Of a stretch of 64,000 nucleotides of DNA, positions 51,027 to 63,060 are shown one piece after another. Location of the stretch: positions 51,639,263-51,703,262 of the forward strand of contig JASCQW010000109.1 of NCBI GenBank assembly GCA_030264375.1, in the 5' to 3' direction. This DNA comes from Carcharhinus longimanus. Its lineage: Eukaryota. The notes below the pieces were generated by a model that was not told the origin of the DNA, did no database searches, and saw nothing but the letters and a program-made list of their open reading frames with translations. Every line of letters starts with the position of its first letter. The first letter of the stretch is position 1. The position numbers were made by a program, and so were the translations under genes.

Positions 51027-51208
51027 TATTGAGGAGAGGTGACGTGAAGTCCACTTAACTGTTTCTGCAAATCTACATTGTCATTGGTATAGAGCGCAGC
51101 AGGAGTGTTGTACTGTGTACTTGCTGTCTGTTTGGCGTCAGTCATGTTTGTACCAACCCCAAATGGCATTGGCTTTCTGTTATTTGAATTCCCAATGGGT
51201 CTGCAATC
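51027..51208 (-). CDS. PDLIM4: PDZ and LIM domain protein 4 (RIL), internal coding exon (probable exon 4; linker with ZM-like motif)
   Basis: Acceptor ttttttgtgctacAG and donor TA|GTAAGT. 182 nt, phase 0 to phase 2. Encodes DCRPIGNSNNRKPMPFG...QYNTPAALYTNDNVDLQKQLSGLHVTSPQ; QLSGLHVTSP resembles human RIL QMSTLHVSPP. Splices in frame to the next exon (TA+C = Tyr). Confidence 0.9.
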
Positions 51209-52074
51209 CTGTAGCACAAAAAAGGAAAAGTAAAGATTAATCTTGAGCTTCACAAAGCACGTGAATGCATTCCAAGCAAATATGTATCACTGCATGAACA
51301 AGTCATTCAATTTTTCCGTAACATTTTTCAGACCAAAGTCCTCAGTTTTTATATGGTTATTACACGTGTCGACTGGATTTTAATCCCCTGTTCCCAATGG
51401 AGATAGCCAGGGCAAAGTATTGCTTTCCTCTTTATACCTTCAAGAAGAAAAATATTTCAGCCACATAGCACTGACAAGTGTGACAGCAGTACACGTCAAA
51501 ATCAAAACTCCCAGAGGAGTCAGACTGCTCAGAACAAATCACATGCTATATCTACAGCTGTCACTCTTTACTTTTACCAGAACTATTCATGCTGCAATGA
51601 CCTAGAAATTAGTTGGAAAACATTTGTAAATTACTTTCACATCTGTTAATAACAGCACACATTTTGAAAAGTGAAAAAAATGTAACTGATTTGATTTGTA
51701 AGGTCAAGTATGTGCCCAATGATGCAGTTGGATTGTGCATTGCCATATCTCTTAAAAATGTGGAAAATTATTGCTCAGCCTGAAGGATGAGTTACGCGGC
51801 AAAACAAAAAAAAATTCCCCCCTACTGCTGTGTCTACCATCAGGATTAAATAGGATCCTAACAGTGCAGAAGGAGGCCATTCGGNNNNNNNNNNNNNNNN
51901 NNNNNNNNNNNNNNNNNNNNNNNNNNNNNNNNNNNNNNNNNNNNNNNNNNNNNNNNNNNNNNNNNNNNNNNNNNNNNNNNNNNNAAGGGCTAGATGGCCT
52001 ACTCCTGCTCCTATTTCTTATGTTCTTATGTTCTTATGTAATTTATACCTTCTCATATAACAATCACCTGGGGA

Positions 52075-53660
52075 GATTCTGAGGATAAATTGCAAATATC
52101 GACTTTTGGTGCTGACCAGACAATTGTAGCCTGTGTGCAAGTGTTATGCTAAAGGAGGAGTAGAGGAATATTGTATTCCATTTTAAAAATGTTTAATAAA
52201 TGTTTTCTTTTGTTATTGGAAACTAATTAGCAGTCCTGTGACTCTGTTTCCTTCGCATTTGATAAAAGTGGAAAAAAAAGCTCTTATGATCTTTTGGAGA
52301 TAGGGTTCCACTCTGGGATCCTCCTGTCCAATTATTAACACCAATTGAGATCATAACAAAAAGTGGGACTCATCATCTGGAATATCAGAAGATGGGATAT
52401 GGGTTATTAGTGACAACTTGGTGAAAATTTTGAAATGTGGAAAATAAATTATGGGAGGCTGAAGAGTAAAACTGGTTTTGGGATTTATTGGTAACAGGTG
52501 TGATCTGTGAATTCTTAAAGAGTGAGTGCCTCAGTATCTCTGGTGTAGGTGCCCACTTATGCCAGAAGTATTGAGGCCTGTGCCAAAAAGGAGAGTTACC
52601 ATAAGGTATACTCTACAGATCAGAGTCCAAAATGGCATTGGGAAAAGCTTTTTAAAGATGGAAGATGCAACTCTAACTGGTTTACAGAAAGTAATCAAAA
52701 GTCAGTGAACAGCCAATAAATTTGAATTAGGATTACCTCCAAGATTAAAAAAGCTGACATGATCAACAATCTAGCGAAATATTTAAAATTACAAGGGTTG
52801 CTTAATAGATCAAATATTCCGTGAAGTGAGGGAATTGAAATAGCCAATCTTCAGTTAGAAAGAGATATAGAAATTAATAAGTTAGAGATACAGGAATAAT
52901 GGAGGAAATAGGAAAGGGGAGAACTTTCCAATGGAGAGGGGCGGTACTCTCGCATAATAGTTAGCACTGCTGCTTCACAGTACAAGGGACCTGAGTTTAT
53001 TTCTGACTTGGGTGACTGTGCGGAGTTTGCATGTTCTCCCCACGTCTATGTTTCTTCTGGGTACCTGGGTTTTTCGCACAGTCCCTAGATGTATAGGTTA
53101 GTTGGATTAGCCATGGTGAGTGCACGTGGTTATGGGGTTAGGACAGGTAGGCTGCGTAAGATGCTCTTTAGAAGAGTTGGTGAGGATTCATTGGACTGAA
53201 TGGCCTCCTCTTATACTGTAAGGATTTTATGGATTATATGGAAATATTGAGAGAGAGAGTGAGTTTAAAAGGGAAATGGAGCAATATGAAATGGAAGAGA
53301 GAGACTTCCAACATTACTCACAAGCAACAGAAAACTAAAGGGCAGTGCAGACAGCTGTGGAAGGTGGTTCTAGATTGGAAACTAGTGAGGAGATGTTCTA
53401 ATACGTACAAGCACTTTCCAAATTCGCAAATGAAATGCCAAGACTTTTTTTATGCTTTTGAGAAGACATCCGAATGGATGAAATGGCCAGAAGAAATTTG
53501 GACATTGCTTTTACAAAGTAAAGGTAGACATAGTGAGATGTATACATCATTCTCAGAAAAGGTATTGTAGATTATGATGTTGTAAAGAAGGATATCCTTA
53601 TTGAGTGTGAGTTAGTTCCTGAGACATACAGACAGAAATTTTGAAATGCAAAAAAACACA
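52075..53660 (+). mobile_element. Gmr1-type Gypsy relic: LTR 3' part (ends CATAACA at 52358), degenerate PBS and gag
   Basis: PBS-like tgggactcatc at 52364. Gag pieces FLKMEDATLTGLQKV, ANKFELGLPP, FFYAFEKTSEWMKWPEEIWTLLLQSK and DYDVVKKDILIECELVPETYRQKF. Split by a SINE at 52939-53239. Confidence 0.8.
52939..53239 (+). mobile_element. HE1-like V-SINE inside the Gypsy gag
   Basis: gttagcactgctgcttcacag, V-domain, tail ggactgaatggcctcctc...ggattttatgg. Confidence 0.8.
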
Positions 53661-53685
53661 TACAAACTCATTTGAATTCCAGAGA

Positions 53686-53904
53686 GTAGAATCATAAAAT
53701 CCTATGCAGAAGGAGGCCATTCAGCCCAACAAGTCTGCACTGACCACAATCCCACCCAGGTCCTATCCCCATAACACCATACATTTACCCTAGCTAGTCC
53801 CCCTGACACTTAGCAGCAATTTAGTTTGGCCAATCCTCCCAACCTGTATGTCTTTGGACTGTGGTAGGAAACCCAGAGCACCCAGAGGAAGCCCACACAG
53901 ACAC
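53686..53904 (-). mobile_element. HE1-like V-SINE
   Basis: Reverse-complement tail gcagaaggaggccattcagccc and V-domain. Confidence 0.8.
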
Positions 53905-54262
53905 TTGATGTCTTATCCACGACAGAGCATGGACATCAGTGTAGACAACCCCAGCTCTGCTTTTGCACTTCCAATGAGGTACCTAGTGAGGAACAGGAAC
54001 CCTGATCCTCCAGCTGGCTAGTGAGCGTAATGAGATAATTTACACCCCTGCTGAGATTAACAAATTCATCACACCAGAGGACTTCAAGCAAAGATCATAT
54101 AGTTCATGATCATGCCCACTGGGCCATCAATTTTTTTAAAAAATGTTCTTGACATGGCTTATCTCCAAAGAGTGAGAGGAGCTAGTGTATTTATTTGTCA
54201 ACATCCATTCAGCAACTGTTTCCCCTTCACCAATTAATCCAGATTTCCCCACTCCTTTACCT

Positions 54263-54453
54263 GTGGGCACAGAAAGAAGTCTCAACACCAGGTTAAAGCC
54301 CAACAGATTTATATGGAATCACAAGCTTTCAGAGTACTGCTTCTTTATCAGGTAAAGGAACAATGCTCCAAAATGCTCATGATTCCAAATAAACCCTTTG
54401 GACTTTAAACTGATGTTGAGACTTCTTAACGTGCCCACCCCTGGCATCTCCAA
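54263..54453. mobile_element. Palindromic Penelope-like insert, more decayed
   Basis: Inverted arms gtgggcac...atcaggt / ...gtgcccac, flanked by ctttacctgtg (54255-54265) and ctttgcctgtg (54454-54464). Confidence 0.7.
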
Positions 54454-55344
54454 CTTTGCCTGTGCATACACATCATTTTCTAGTTAGTAATCCATCAATT
54501 GTCCAGCTCTCTCCAACCCTATCCTGTTCATAGAGATTCAGTTCCTGTTCCCACAACACAATTTTGAACACCCCATTTCCCTTTTTTCACTCTTTCTAGT
54601 TGATGTGGTAACTAGTCCCTTCCCATCATTTCAACCAGTCATATTCCCTCCTTGATTAGAACTAATGCTTGACTGGTGTAAACTAATGCCTCGTCTCCAA
54701 CCTTCTTTTGCTCTTCAGAATGTGAGGGTAGAGATTAGCTGCTCGAAGGGAAGACGGGGTGCAATTAATCCCCAGCTCACCTTCTCCATCCCAAATCTAT
54801 TGGGTCTTGAATTTAAATACGTGGAGTCAATTAATGCATTCTTCAACCCAGAATTTAACAAGCAGCGCAAAGGTTTTCCGAGCTATGTGGAATTTACCAG
54901 GGACAAGAAAGTGGATTCATTGCCCAGGAAAATAAATAGGCTAAAAACCCTTTAAAGGAGTGAAGACACTTTGCTGCTTCCTTGCTTGAAGGAATTGGTT
55001 ATTTTCACGAAACATGTGCTTTCACAACTTTACAGGTAATTTCCAACTTGGTCACCAGTACTGAACTATTAACCTTAATTTGTACTACCCTGCTGCCATT
55101 CACTGCAGCATGGGACCCGCTGGTGATCTCTACCTCTGGCCCATGATGAGAAACAAGGGGTGCAGCAACATCAGGAACACAAGGAACAGCACCAGCTGTT
55201 GGCTACGCTGCAGCTGCATAGGGCAACAGAGGACAGTAATAGAGTGCTAGTTTCAAGTAGGTGCTGCAGACAGGTTCAGAAGTGAACCATAACTCCATAC
55301 CCTTCTCCTTACTTCCTGTAACCACGGTGGTTTCGGAGAAGAGT

Positions 55345-56560
55345 CATAGAGTCAGAGGTTTACAGCATGGAAGCAGGCCCTTCGGCCCAATTTGTCCATG
55401 CCACCCTAAGCCAATCCCAATTGCCAGCATTTGGCCCATGTCCCTCTCTACCCATTGTACCCATGTAACTATTTAAATGCTTTTTAAAAAGATAATATTG
55501 TATCTGTCTCTACTACTACCTCTGGCAGCTTGTTCCAGGCATTCACCACCCTGTGTGTGAAAAAACTGCCCCTCTGGACACTTTTGTATCTCTCCCCTCT
55601 CACCTTAGACCTATGGCCTCTAGTTTTAGACTCCCCTACCTTTGGGAAAAGATATGGGCTATCTATCTTGTCTATGCCCCTCATTATTTTATAGGCCTCT
55701 ATAAAGACACCTCTCAGCCTCCTACGCTCCAAGGAAAAAAGTCCCAGTCTATTCAGCCTCTCCTTATAACTCAATTCATCAAGTCCCGGTAGCATCCTAG
55801 TAAATCTTTTCTGCACTCTATAATTTAATATCCTTTCTACAATAGGGTGACCAGAATTGCACATAGCATTCCAACTATGGCCTTACCAATGTTCTGTACA
55901 ACTTCAACAAGCTGTCCCAACTCCTGTATTCAATGTTCTGACCGATGAAATCAAGCATGCTGAATGCCTTCTACACCACTCTGTCCACCTATGACTCCAC
56001 TTTCAAGGAGCTATGCTCATGTACCCCTAGATCTTTGTTTTGTAACCTCCCAAATGCCCTATTAACTGAGTAAGTCCTGTCCTGGTTCAATCTACAAAAA
56101 TACATCACCTTGCATTTGTCTATATTAAACTCCATCTGCCATTCGTCAGCCCACTGGCCCAATTGATCAAGATCCATTTGAAATTGGAGGCAAAACATTC
56201 TTCACTGTCCACTATGCCACCAATCTTGGTGTCACCTGCAAACTTACTAACTATGCCCCCTATATTTTCATCCAAATTATTAATATAAATGACAAATAAA
56301 TAGTGGGCCCAGCACTGATCCCCAAGGCACACCGCTGGTTACAGGCCTCCAGTTTGAAAAATAACTCTCTACAACCTCTCTCTGGCTCCTGTCAAAAAGC
56401 CAATTTTGTATCCATTTAGATACCTCACCTTGGATCCCGTGAGATTTAACTTTATGCAACAACCTACCATGCAGTACCTTGTTAAAGGCTTTGCTAAAGT
56501 CCATGTAGACAACATCAACCTCACTACCCTCATCTAGCTTCTTGGTTATCCCTTCAAAAA
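55345..56560 (-). mobile_element. CR1 LINE, 3' ~1.2 kb
   Basis: Minus ORFs MDFSKAFNKVLHGRL...GVPWGSVLGPLF, YINNLD...SKFAGDTKIGG, RVQKRFTRMLPGL...ERRRLRG, then the CR1 3' UTR. Confidence 0.92.
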
Positions 56561-56939
56561 AGATATTGTGCAGTTCTTAGCTCCAGAAAGTAGCCAATTT
56601 AAAAACAGCAACAACCAAAAGTAGTTTAAAGAAGGCCAAGTAAAAATTATTTATTCATACATTCACTCCCAAAACTCTAAATACATTTGAATAGTGCACT
56701 TTTAAGATGTAAACAAAATAATAGTTTGTAGTTCACATGTTTGGTTCATCGTAGGAATAACTGTTGTTGCAGGCCTGGAAAAGGTGATGTTTCCAGTCCA
56801 AAAGGAAAGGTGGGTTCAATAACTGCAGTCATAGATAAGGGATTATTATAGAATCCTGTCAGAGGAATGGATGTTCAGCAGATTGCAAAGTTAGTCACTT
56901 GTAGTTTCTTCTTACTAGCAGATTTCTTTACAGCTGGGC

Positions 56940-57815
56940 TTAGAATGGGAATGAGGGTCAGAGACCTTGCTGATGACTGCACAATGCTCTACACCATTTG
57001 TGACTCTTCAGATACCAAAGCAGTCCATGCACAAAAATCTACAAGACATGGACAATATATGACAAGTGATAAATAACATTTGTGCCACACTGGTACTAAG
57101 TAATGAGCAGATCCAACCATTGTTCCTTGACATTCAATGACACTACCATCACTGCATCCCTCACTGAATGAGCATCCTGGGGATTACCATTGACCAAAAA
57201 CTGAAGTGGACTAACCACAAAATTATTATGTCTACAAGAGCCGGTCAGAGGTTAGGAATCCAGTGAGTATCTCACTTCCTGATTCTCCAAAGCCTGTCCA
57301 CAATCTACAAGGCACAAGTCAGAAGTTTGAAGGATTATTCACCCTGAGAAGTGCAGCTCTGACAATAATCAAGAACCTCACCACCATCTAGGACAAAGCA
57401 GCCTGCTTGACTGGTATCCTTTTCACAAACATTCACTTCCTCCACCACCGACAAACCGTGGCAGCTGTGTGTACTGACTACAAGATGCACTACAAGAACT
57501 CACCAAGGTTCCTTAGACAGCACCTTCCAAACCCACATCTACTACCCTCTAGAAGAGGAAGGCAGCGGATGCCTCAGAACACCACCACCTCCAAGTCGCT
57601 CACCATTCTGACTCGGAAATATATCACCATTCCTTCACTGTCACTGGGTCAAGATCTTGGAACTCCCTCCCTCACAACACTGTGGGTGCATCGACACCTC
57701 AGGAACTGCAGCGTTTCAAGAACTCAACTGACCAGCACCATCTCAAGGGCCAGTAGGGACGGACAATAAATGCTGGTCTGGCCTGTGATGTCCACATCCC
57801 ATAAATGAATTTTAA
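56940..57815 (+). mobile_element. LINE (CR1/L2 group) RT C-terminus and 3' end
   Basis: Encodes DLADDCTML (FADD-like). Tail gggacggacaataaatgctggtctggcctgtgatgtccacatcccataaatgaa. Confidence 0.75.
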
Positions 57816-59174
57816 AATTAGAAATGGAAATACAGTTTGAACCAGCACCAGTCTTTTTCCAAATTTTTACTGTTTTTTTTTGCCCTTCAGGGCAATGGGG
57901 TTTATATTTAATTTGGCAGAAATCAATCAGCATCTGCCAATAAAGAACAAATAATAACCATGATCCTTATGGGGAGGCATGCAGCCATTTCATACAATTT
58001 TCCCTTCATTTGCTCATGTGTCACAGAATCCACCATCATACAGACCACAAATGTTACCATGTTGTCATAAAGCATAGGCTTGTTCAGGAAGTTTAAGCAC
58101 ATTTGTTTAAAATTCCTCCGCCCACTTCCAATTTTATGCTTTAAACACATAACAGATGAGATCAGAATTTTAAAAAAAAGTCAGTGCGATTACTCAGTGA
58201 TTCCTCTCCAGTGTCAAGAAACAGCTGCTTGCTCTTTCCAAACGCAGCTGATGCATGTTACTATCGAGATGCAGACTGAACCACTTTTGTCAGGGAGTGC
58301 AAGGCTGTACGTTAATCTCAGAAATATGCACTGTTTCAGAATGAACCAGTTCCACATCGGAGCACAGCAAGAAAATGAGTCACATCTTCATCGTTCAGAT
58401 CTGACGACTGGATAAGTCTCTGGAAATTTCGGAAAGTTTCATCATAGATCTAGTAACTGATGACACTGTCCCACCTCTTATTTTCTATAATGAAACCCTC
58501 TGTCAGTAATATTTTTATGATGCTCTTAGGAATTACATAACATGTCTTGGACATTTTATTTAAAAATATGCAACATCTGGGTTTTTCCTTACACAGGGGA
58601 ATTAAGACAAAGACCTAATGCATGCTTTCACAAATCTCGATGCGTTACCGTGCAAGGTGATGGAGATTATTTCGCATTAGATTTGAAACATGCAGACATG
58701 ATAAAATGTTAAGACACCATTTAGCAGCTTCAGTTTAGATTTACAAGGGATCTGTTTAGCCAGTTAAGTTTTACATTAGTTTTCTACATGCATGCGGGGC
58801 ATGGTTATTGTAAACATTGCAACAGACCCATCTTACAATGCACAAACACTTGAATTAGCAAGTTGATGGACAACAGAATCACCCCAAGTGTCCTTAAGTT
58901 TTTCTAACACGTTGTCAGTGATCCATCAGCGCCTCCTCAGGAGATCGTGAGTGGAAAGTAAATGCGGATTCAACAGAGAAATAAATCTTTTTAAAAATTT
59001 CAATGATATGCACATACCTTTTCCAGGATTGCCTTTTTACTACAGGATTCCAATGTTCAAGATTGTACTTAGAGTTTGCCACTTCAAGGAGTGTTACTAT
59101 ACAAATATAACCTCTGACATGGAGTGGCAAGATATTGATGTGCACTTGCAATAAGTTCAAGGAGTCTTAGGCCA

Positions 59175-60870
59175 AACTTTTCACAAGAAACACAGATTGG
59201 GGATATATGGTCTAACATCTTCTGTTCAAAATTCATCAATTAGTTTTAAGGGACCTCTCACTTAAACTTTTACTTTATGTATTAGCCGCAAGTGAGGCTT
59301 ACATTAACACTACAATTAAGTTATTGTGAAATTCCCCTCATGGTCGTAAATTCATTCAAATAAAGATTAGACTCGATGGACTTATTGGGCGTGTCCCTGG
59401 TGGTAAATAGAACAAAACTCAGTCTTTATTCCAGTTCCGGGGCTACTCATAGCACTGTGCCTTGATCAATGATGTTAAGGTTTAATTGTGCCTTACTAAA
59501 GCTCCTTGTGACTATGAGAACTTCAGCTAGGCTATGGCCAAGTTATCCATGACTTCGGGAAATATTTTGACATGAGATTTGAGCCCTGACCCAAATGGAT
59601 CTCAGTGGGCAGGCCATATTGCGTGAAGAATTGTGTTAATCCCCACACCACTACCTTGATAGAGGTCGTTCAAGAAAACAGTCTTTGGGAATCATGCACT
59701 ACATCCATAATAACCACATACTGATTGCCCTGTTGTTCTTCACAGGGGTCCCACACAATCCGAGCACCTTGCCAACGGGTCTTATAGGGATCATAGGTGC
59801 AGGTTGAATTGTAGGTTGTGGTTTCTCCACTACCTGATGGGTATGGCAGGTTTTGCAGAACCACACCACATCTTTGCAGCAACGAGATTAATAAAAAACA
59901 ATGGCATCTGCTTTCGTGGGTTTTTCATGTACTCAGCTATTGAGATTTCATGGGCAACTCTCAGTATCTCCCAACATATCACTACCTGGTGCATCACTGT
60001 CTACCACTCAACTGCAAGTCTGTGAAGGAGGTGTCCACTTTCTCATCAGCATCTTACTTTTAAAATAATAGTCCTTTGCAACTTCCTTCACTTCAGCTTT
60101 GGTTTGGGTAGGCTGTTCTAGCATTTTTTAAGCACTGAATCAGCTTGCTGAGCAGCAACCAAGGAAGACCAACTCATTACATCATTGATATTCTAATTGC
60201 AAAAAAAAAACTTCAGGGTCATCTGTCTGCACTGCTGGTTTGGCCTCCTCTAACATTTGCCCATAGACTGAGTCACTATGCAGCCAGGAAAATGAAGGAC
60301 TTTCTCCTGCAGTTGCTCTAACTCCCTGATCTTGTTCAGCTTCTCACAAACTCAGGGACACTACCACCTTTGATCCCACTAAGTCACTGCCAAGGAACAA
60401 GTTGACAGGGAAGTTGGGAACAATCCCAGAAGCACTGATCCTGAAGTAAGGTCACATTCCTTGTGCACCCAGTAGGAAAGTAGGAGCTTGACTTCTCTCT
60501 TGAAGCCCTTTGCCAGCACTTTGGCTAGGATGACACGCTCAGGGAGAAAGGTCATGCCTGTTTGGCCTCGGTATCACTCAGTACGACTATGGACTTACTT
60601 GCCACACTCTGGAGAAATGGGGACGGCTCCCCTTCCAACACAAGATCCTTGCAACTTTGCTAAACTCACTCAGGCAAGGGTAAGGGAGCATTTACAGGAA
60701 TTTGCTGTTGCAATCAAAGCTACTACCTGGTGTGCTAGGCTCTCTGCCTGACTCACTTTTTTTCATACAGGGCTCATGATCCCCAGAAATGGCTCATGCA
60801 GAGCTCTGCTGCATTAATATCTGCACAGGAATTGATGCTATGTACCTAGCACAGGAAACGAAAAGGAGTC
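59175..60870 (-). mobile_element. Gmr1-type Gypsy pol relic (protease directly followed by integrase)
   Basis: Manual minus translation gives SKSIVVLSDTEA (LRDTGA-like protease site), EILRVAHE, KDVVWFCKTCHTHQVVEKPQPTIQPAPMIPI, DCVGPL, GLTQFFTQYGLPTEIHLGQGSNLMS, SQGAL and VRGPLKLI. A V-SINE tail is inserted at about 59262-59338. Confidence 0.85.
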
Positions 60871-61352
60871 AGCCATTGAAGAGATCACACCATCGATAAA
60901 GCTCTGTTCATTTTTAACCAAAGCCTATCCTGCGTATCACATCTCCAACACCACAACAATTAGGGTGAAAAGGTTTTCTTTGGAATAAAGTTGTATCATC
61001 ATCACCCAGGATCGGTGCCTGCCTGGCCGTCCTCCCTCTGGTCCTATCTTGACTTTCTCTGAATCCTCCACAATCAGCATCCTGGAGGTTACCACTGACC
61101 AGAAGCTGAACTGGACCAGTCACAAGTAATTCGACTACAAGAGCAGGGCAAAGGTTGGGACTTCTGTGGCAATTAAATCACATCTTGACTCTCCAATCCT
61201 GTCCACCGTTGCAATATGCCATTATGGGTAAGCAGCATATCATCGCTGGAAGAGAAATGTGTCATGTGATCTAGTCTTGGTTTAACTTTTGGTCTAAGCA
61301 GAATGCAGAAAACAGCTCTGCTGCTTTTGCCTTCAAGCTTTGTGCATAAATG

Positions 61353-61573
61353 AACCCAGTAAGAAGTCTGACAACACCAGGTTTAAGTCCAACCAATTTA
61401 CTTGATAGTAAACTCTCAAGCTTGAGGTTAAACTCTTCGCCAGGTGAATCACCTGACAGAGTTTAACCTCAAGCTTGTGAGTTTACTATCAATAAAATCG
61501 GTTGGACTTAAACCTGGTGTTGTCAGACTTCTTGCTGGGTTTACCCCAGTCCAACGCCAGTATCTCCACATCA
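61353..61573. mobile_element. Palindromic Penelope-like insert with a 10-bp TSD
   Basis: Arms 61353-61447 and 61449-61541 with a 1-nt spacer; aatgaaccca at 61349-61358 and 61576-61585. Confidence 0.8.
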
Positions 61574-62319
61574 TCAATGAACCCACACGTTTACACAATC
61601 CCTTGAGTGATTGGCACTTTTAGATCATTTGGAAACAAAATGACATGGTATACAGTAGTGGTCATTATGTCAGCAAGATTAAGTATAGGTACAACATAAT
61701 GAAGAGTCTTAGATTGTGATACATGGCATGAGGCTTTCTTTGGCATTTTGGCCAGACCGCAATGTGTTTACAGCATTGGAAAGAGATGAAATTACAGTGT
61801 GGTGACTGCATAGAAAAAAGCTTTGAAGACACATACTGCAATAAAGCTCAAGAGCTGGTTAGCAGATGTATTCCTCATTCTGAGATTGTAGCACATTGCC
61901 TGTTAGGTCAATGAGTGAGACAGCACTTCGAGAGAACCAGTGTTGGGTTAGTTCAGTTGGAAAAAAAGTGAGTGACCGGAGTGTGGGCCGGATTGGTAGA
62001 GAGTGAGGAGAGTCAAAAAAAAATGTATAAAAATCTGGCCAGGAAAGGTTGTTATTATAATGGGTGGAGCTACACAAACACAGCAGTGACAGTCATCCCA
62101 GATACAATACAAGATCGAAAGGATATTGTCAAAACTTCCACAAATTTCCCTTGTTTGAATTAGGATGCAGCTTATCTACTATCAGAATTCAACAGAGCTA
62201 TGGTTTCTTGATTCAGGTGCTTTTGAACCACACAAGCAAGCCATAAATTTTGCCTAGCAACTGGGAATGAAGGTTTACAGAGGCTGAATATGTCAAAATT
62301 AGTAAAAGAGCAAAAGAAT

Positions 62320-62915
62320 CACCAAAAGGACCAGCCATACAAATACAACAACTATCACAGCAGGTCAGAGGTTGGGAATTCTGTAGAGAGTAACTCACGA
62401 CTCCCCAGAGCCTGTTCACCATCTATAATGCACTCATCAGAAGTGTGATGAAATACTCTCAACTTGCGTGGATATGTGCAACTCCCACCAAGACGTTTGG
62501 CACCATCCTGGAGCTAGCAGTCTTCTTGGCTGCCACCCCATCCAACATTCACTCCCTCCACCACTGATGCACAGCGATAGCAGCACGTACAGTATATAAC
62601 ATGGCAGAAACTCACCAAGGCTCCTCTTCCAAACCTGTGATCCCTACCACCTTGAAGGACAAGGACAGTAAATGCATGGGAACATCACCACATGCACGAT
62701 CTCATCCAAGCCACACACCATCCTGACTTGGATCAATTGCCATTCCTTCACTGTTGCTGGGTCAAAATCCTGGAACTCCCTTCCCAACAATACTTGTGGT
62801 TTTACCTATACTATATTCACTGCAGCATTTCAAGAAGGCAGCTCATCACCATTTCAAGGGAAATTAGGGACAGACAGTAAATGCTAGCCCAGCCAGTGAC
62901 ATCCACATCCCGTGA
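62320..62915 (+). mobile_element. LINE (CR1/L2 group) 3' end, same family as 56940-57815
   Basis: gcaggtcagaggttgggaattctg...gggaaattagggacagacagtaaatgctagcccagccagtgacatccacatccc. Confidence 0.75.
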
Positions 62916-62969
62916 TAGATTAACAAAAACAAAGTAGAAACAGAAATAAGATTCTTCTCAGCAGAGCCA

Positions 62970-63060
62970 AATCTCTGAAAAAGGGTCATCCAGACTTGAA
63001 ACGTTACACAGTTCTCTCCACAGATGCAGTGTTTGAGATATTCCAGCATCTTCTGCTTTT
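62970..63060 (+). mobile_element. Penelope-like terminal repeat remnant with a decayed hammerhead motif (second family)
   Basis: CTGAAAA-AGGGTC-atcca-GACTT-GAAACGTTA followed by ttctctccacagatgc...ttccagcatcttctgctttt. A related tail is at about 63245-63292. Confidence 0.55.

Noticed and set aside
58395-58450. CTGACGA...GAAA strings resembling a hammerhead core (also near 37725 and 39171)
   Set aside because: No convincing stem II or stem I pairing; treated as chance.
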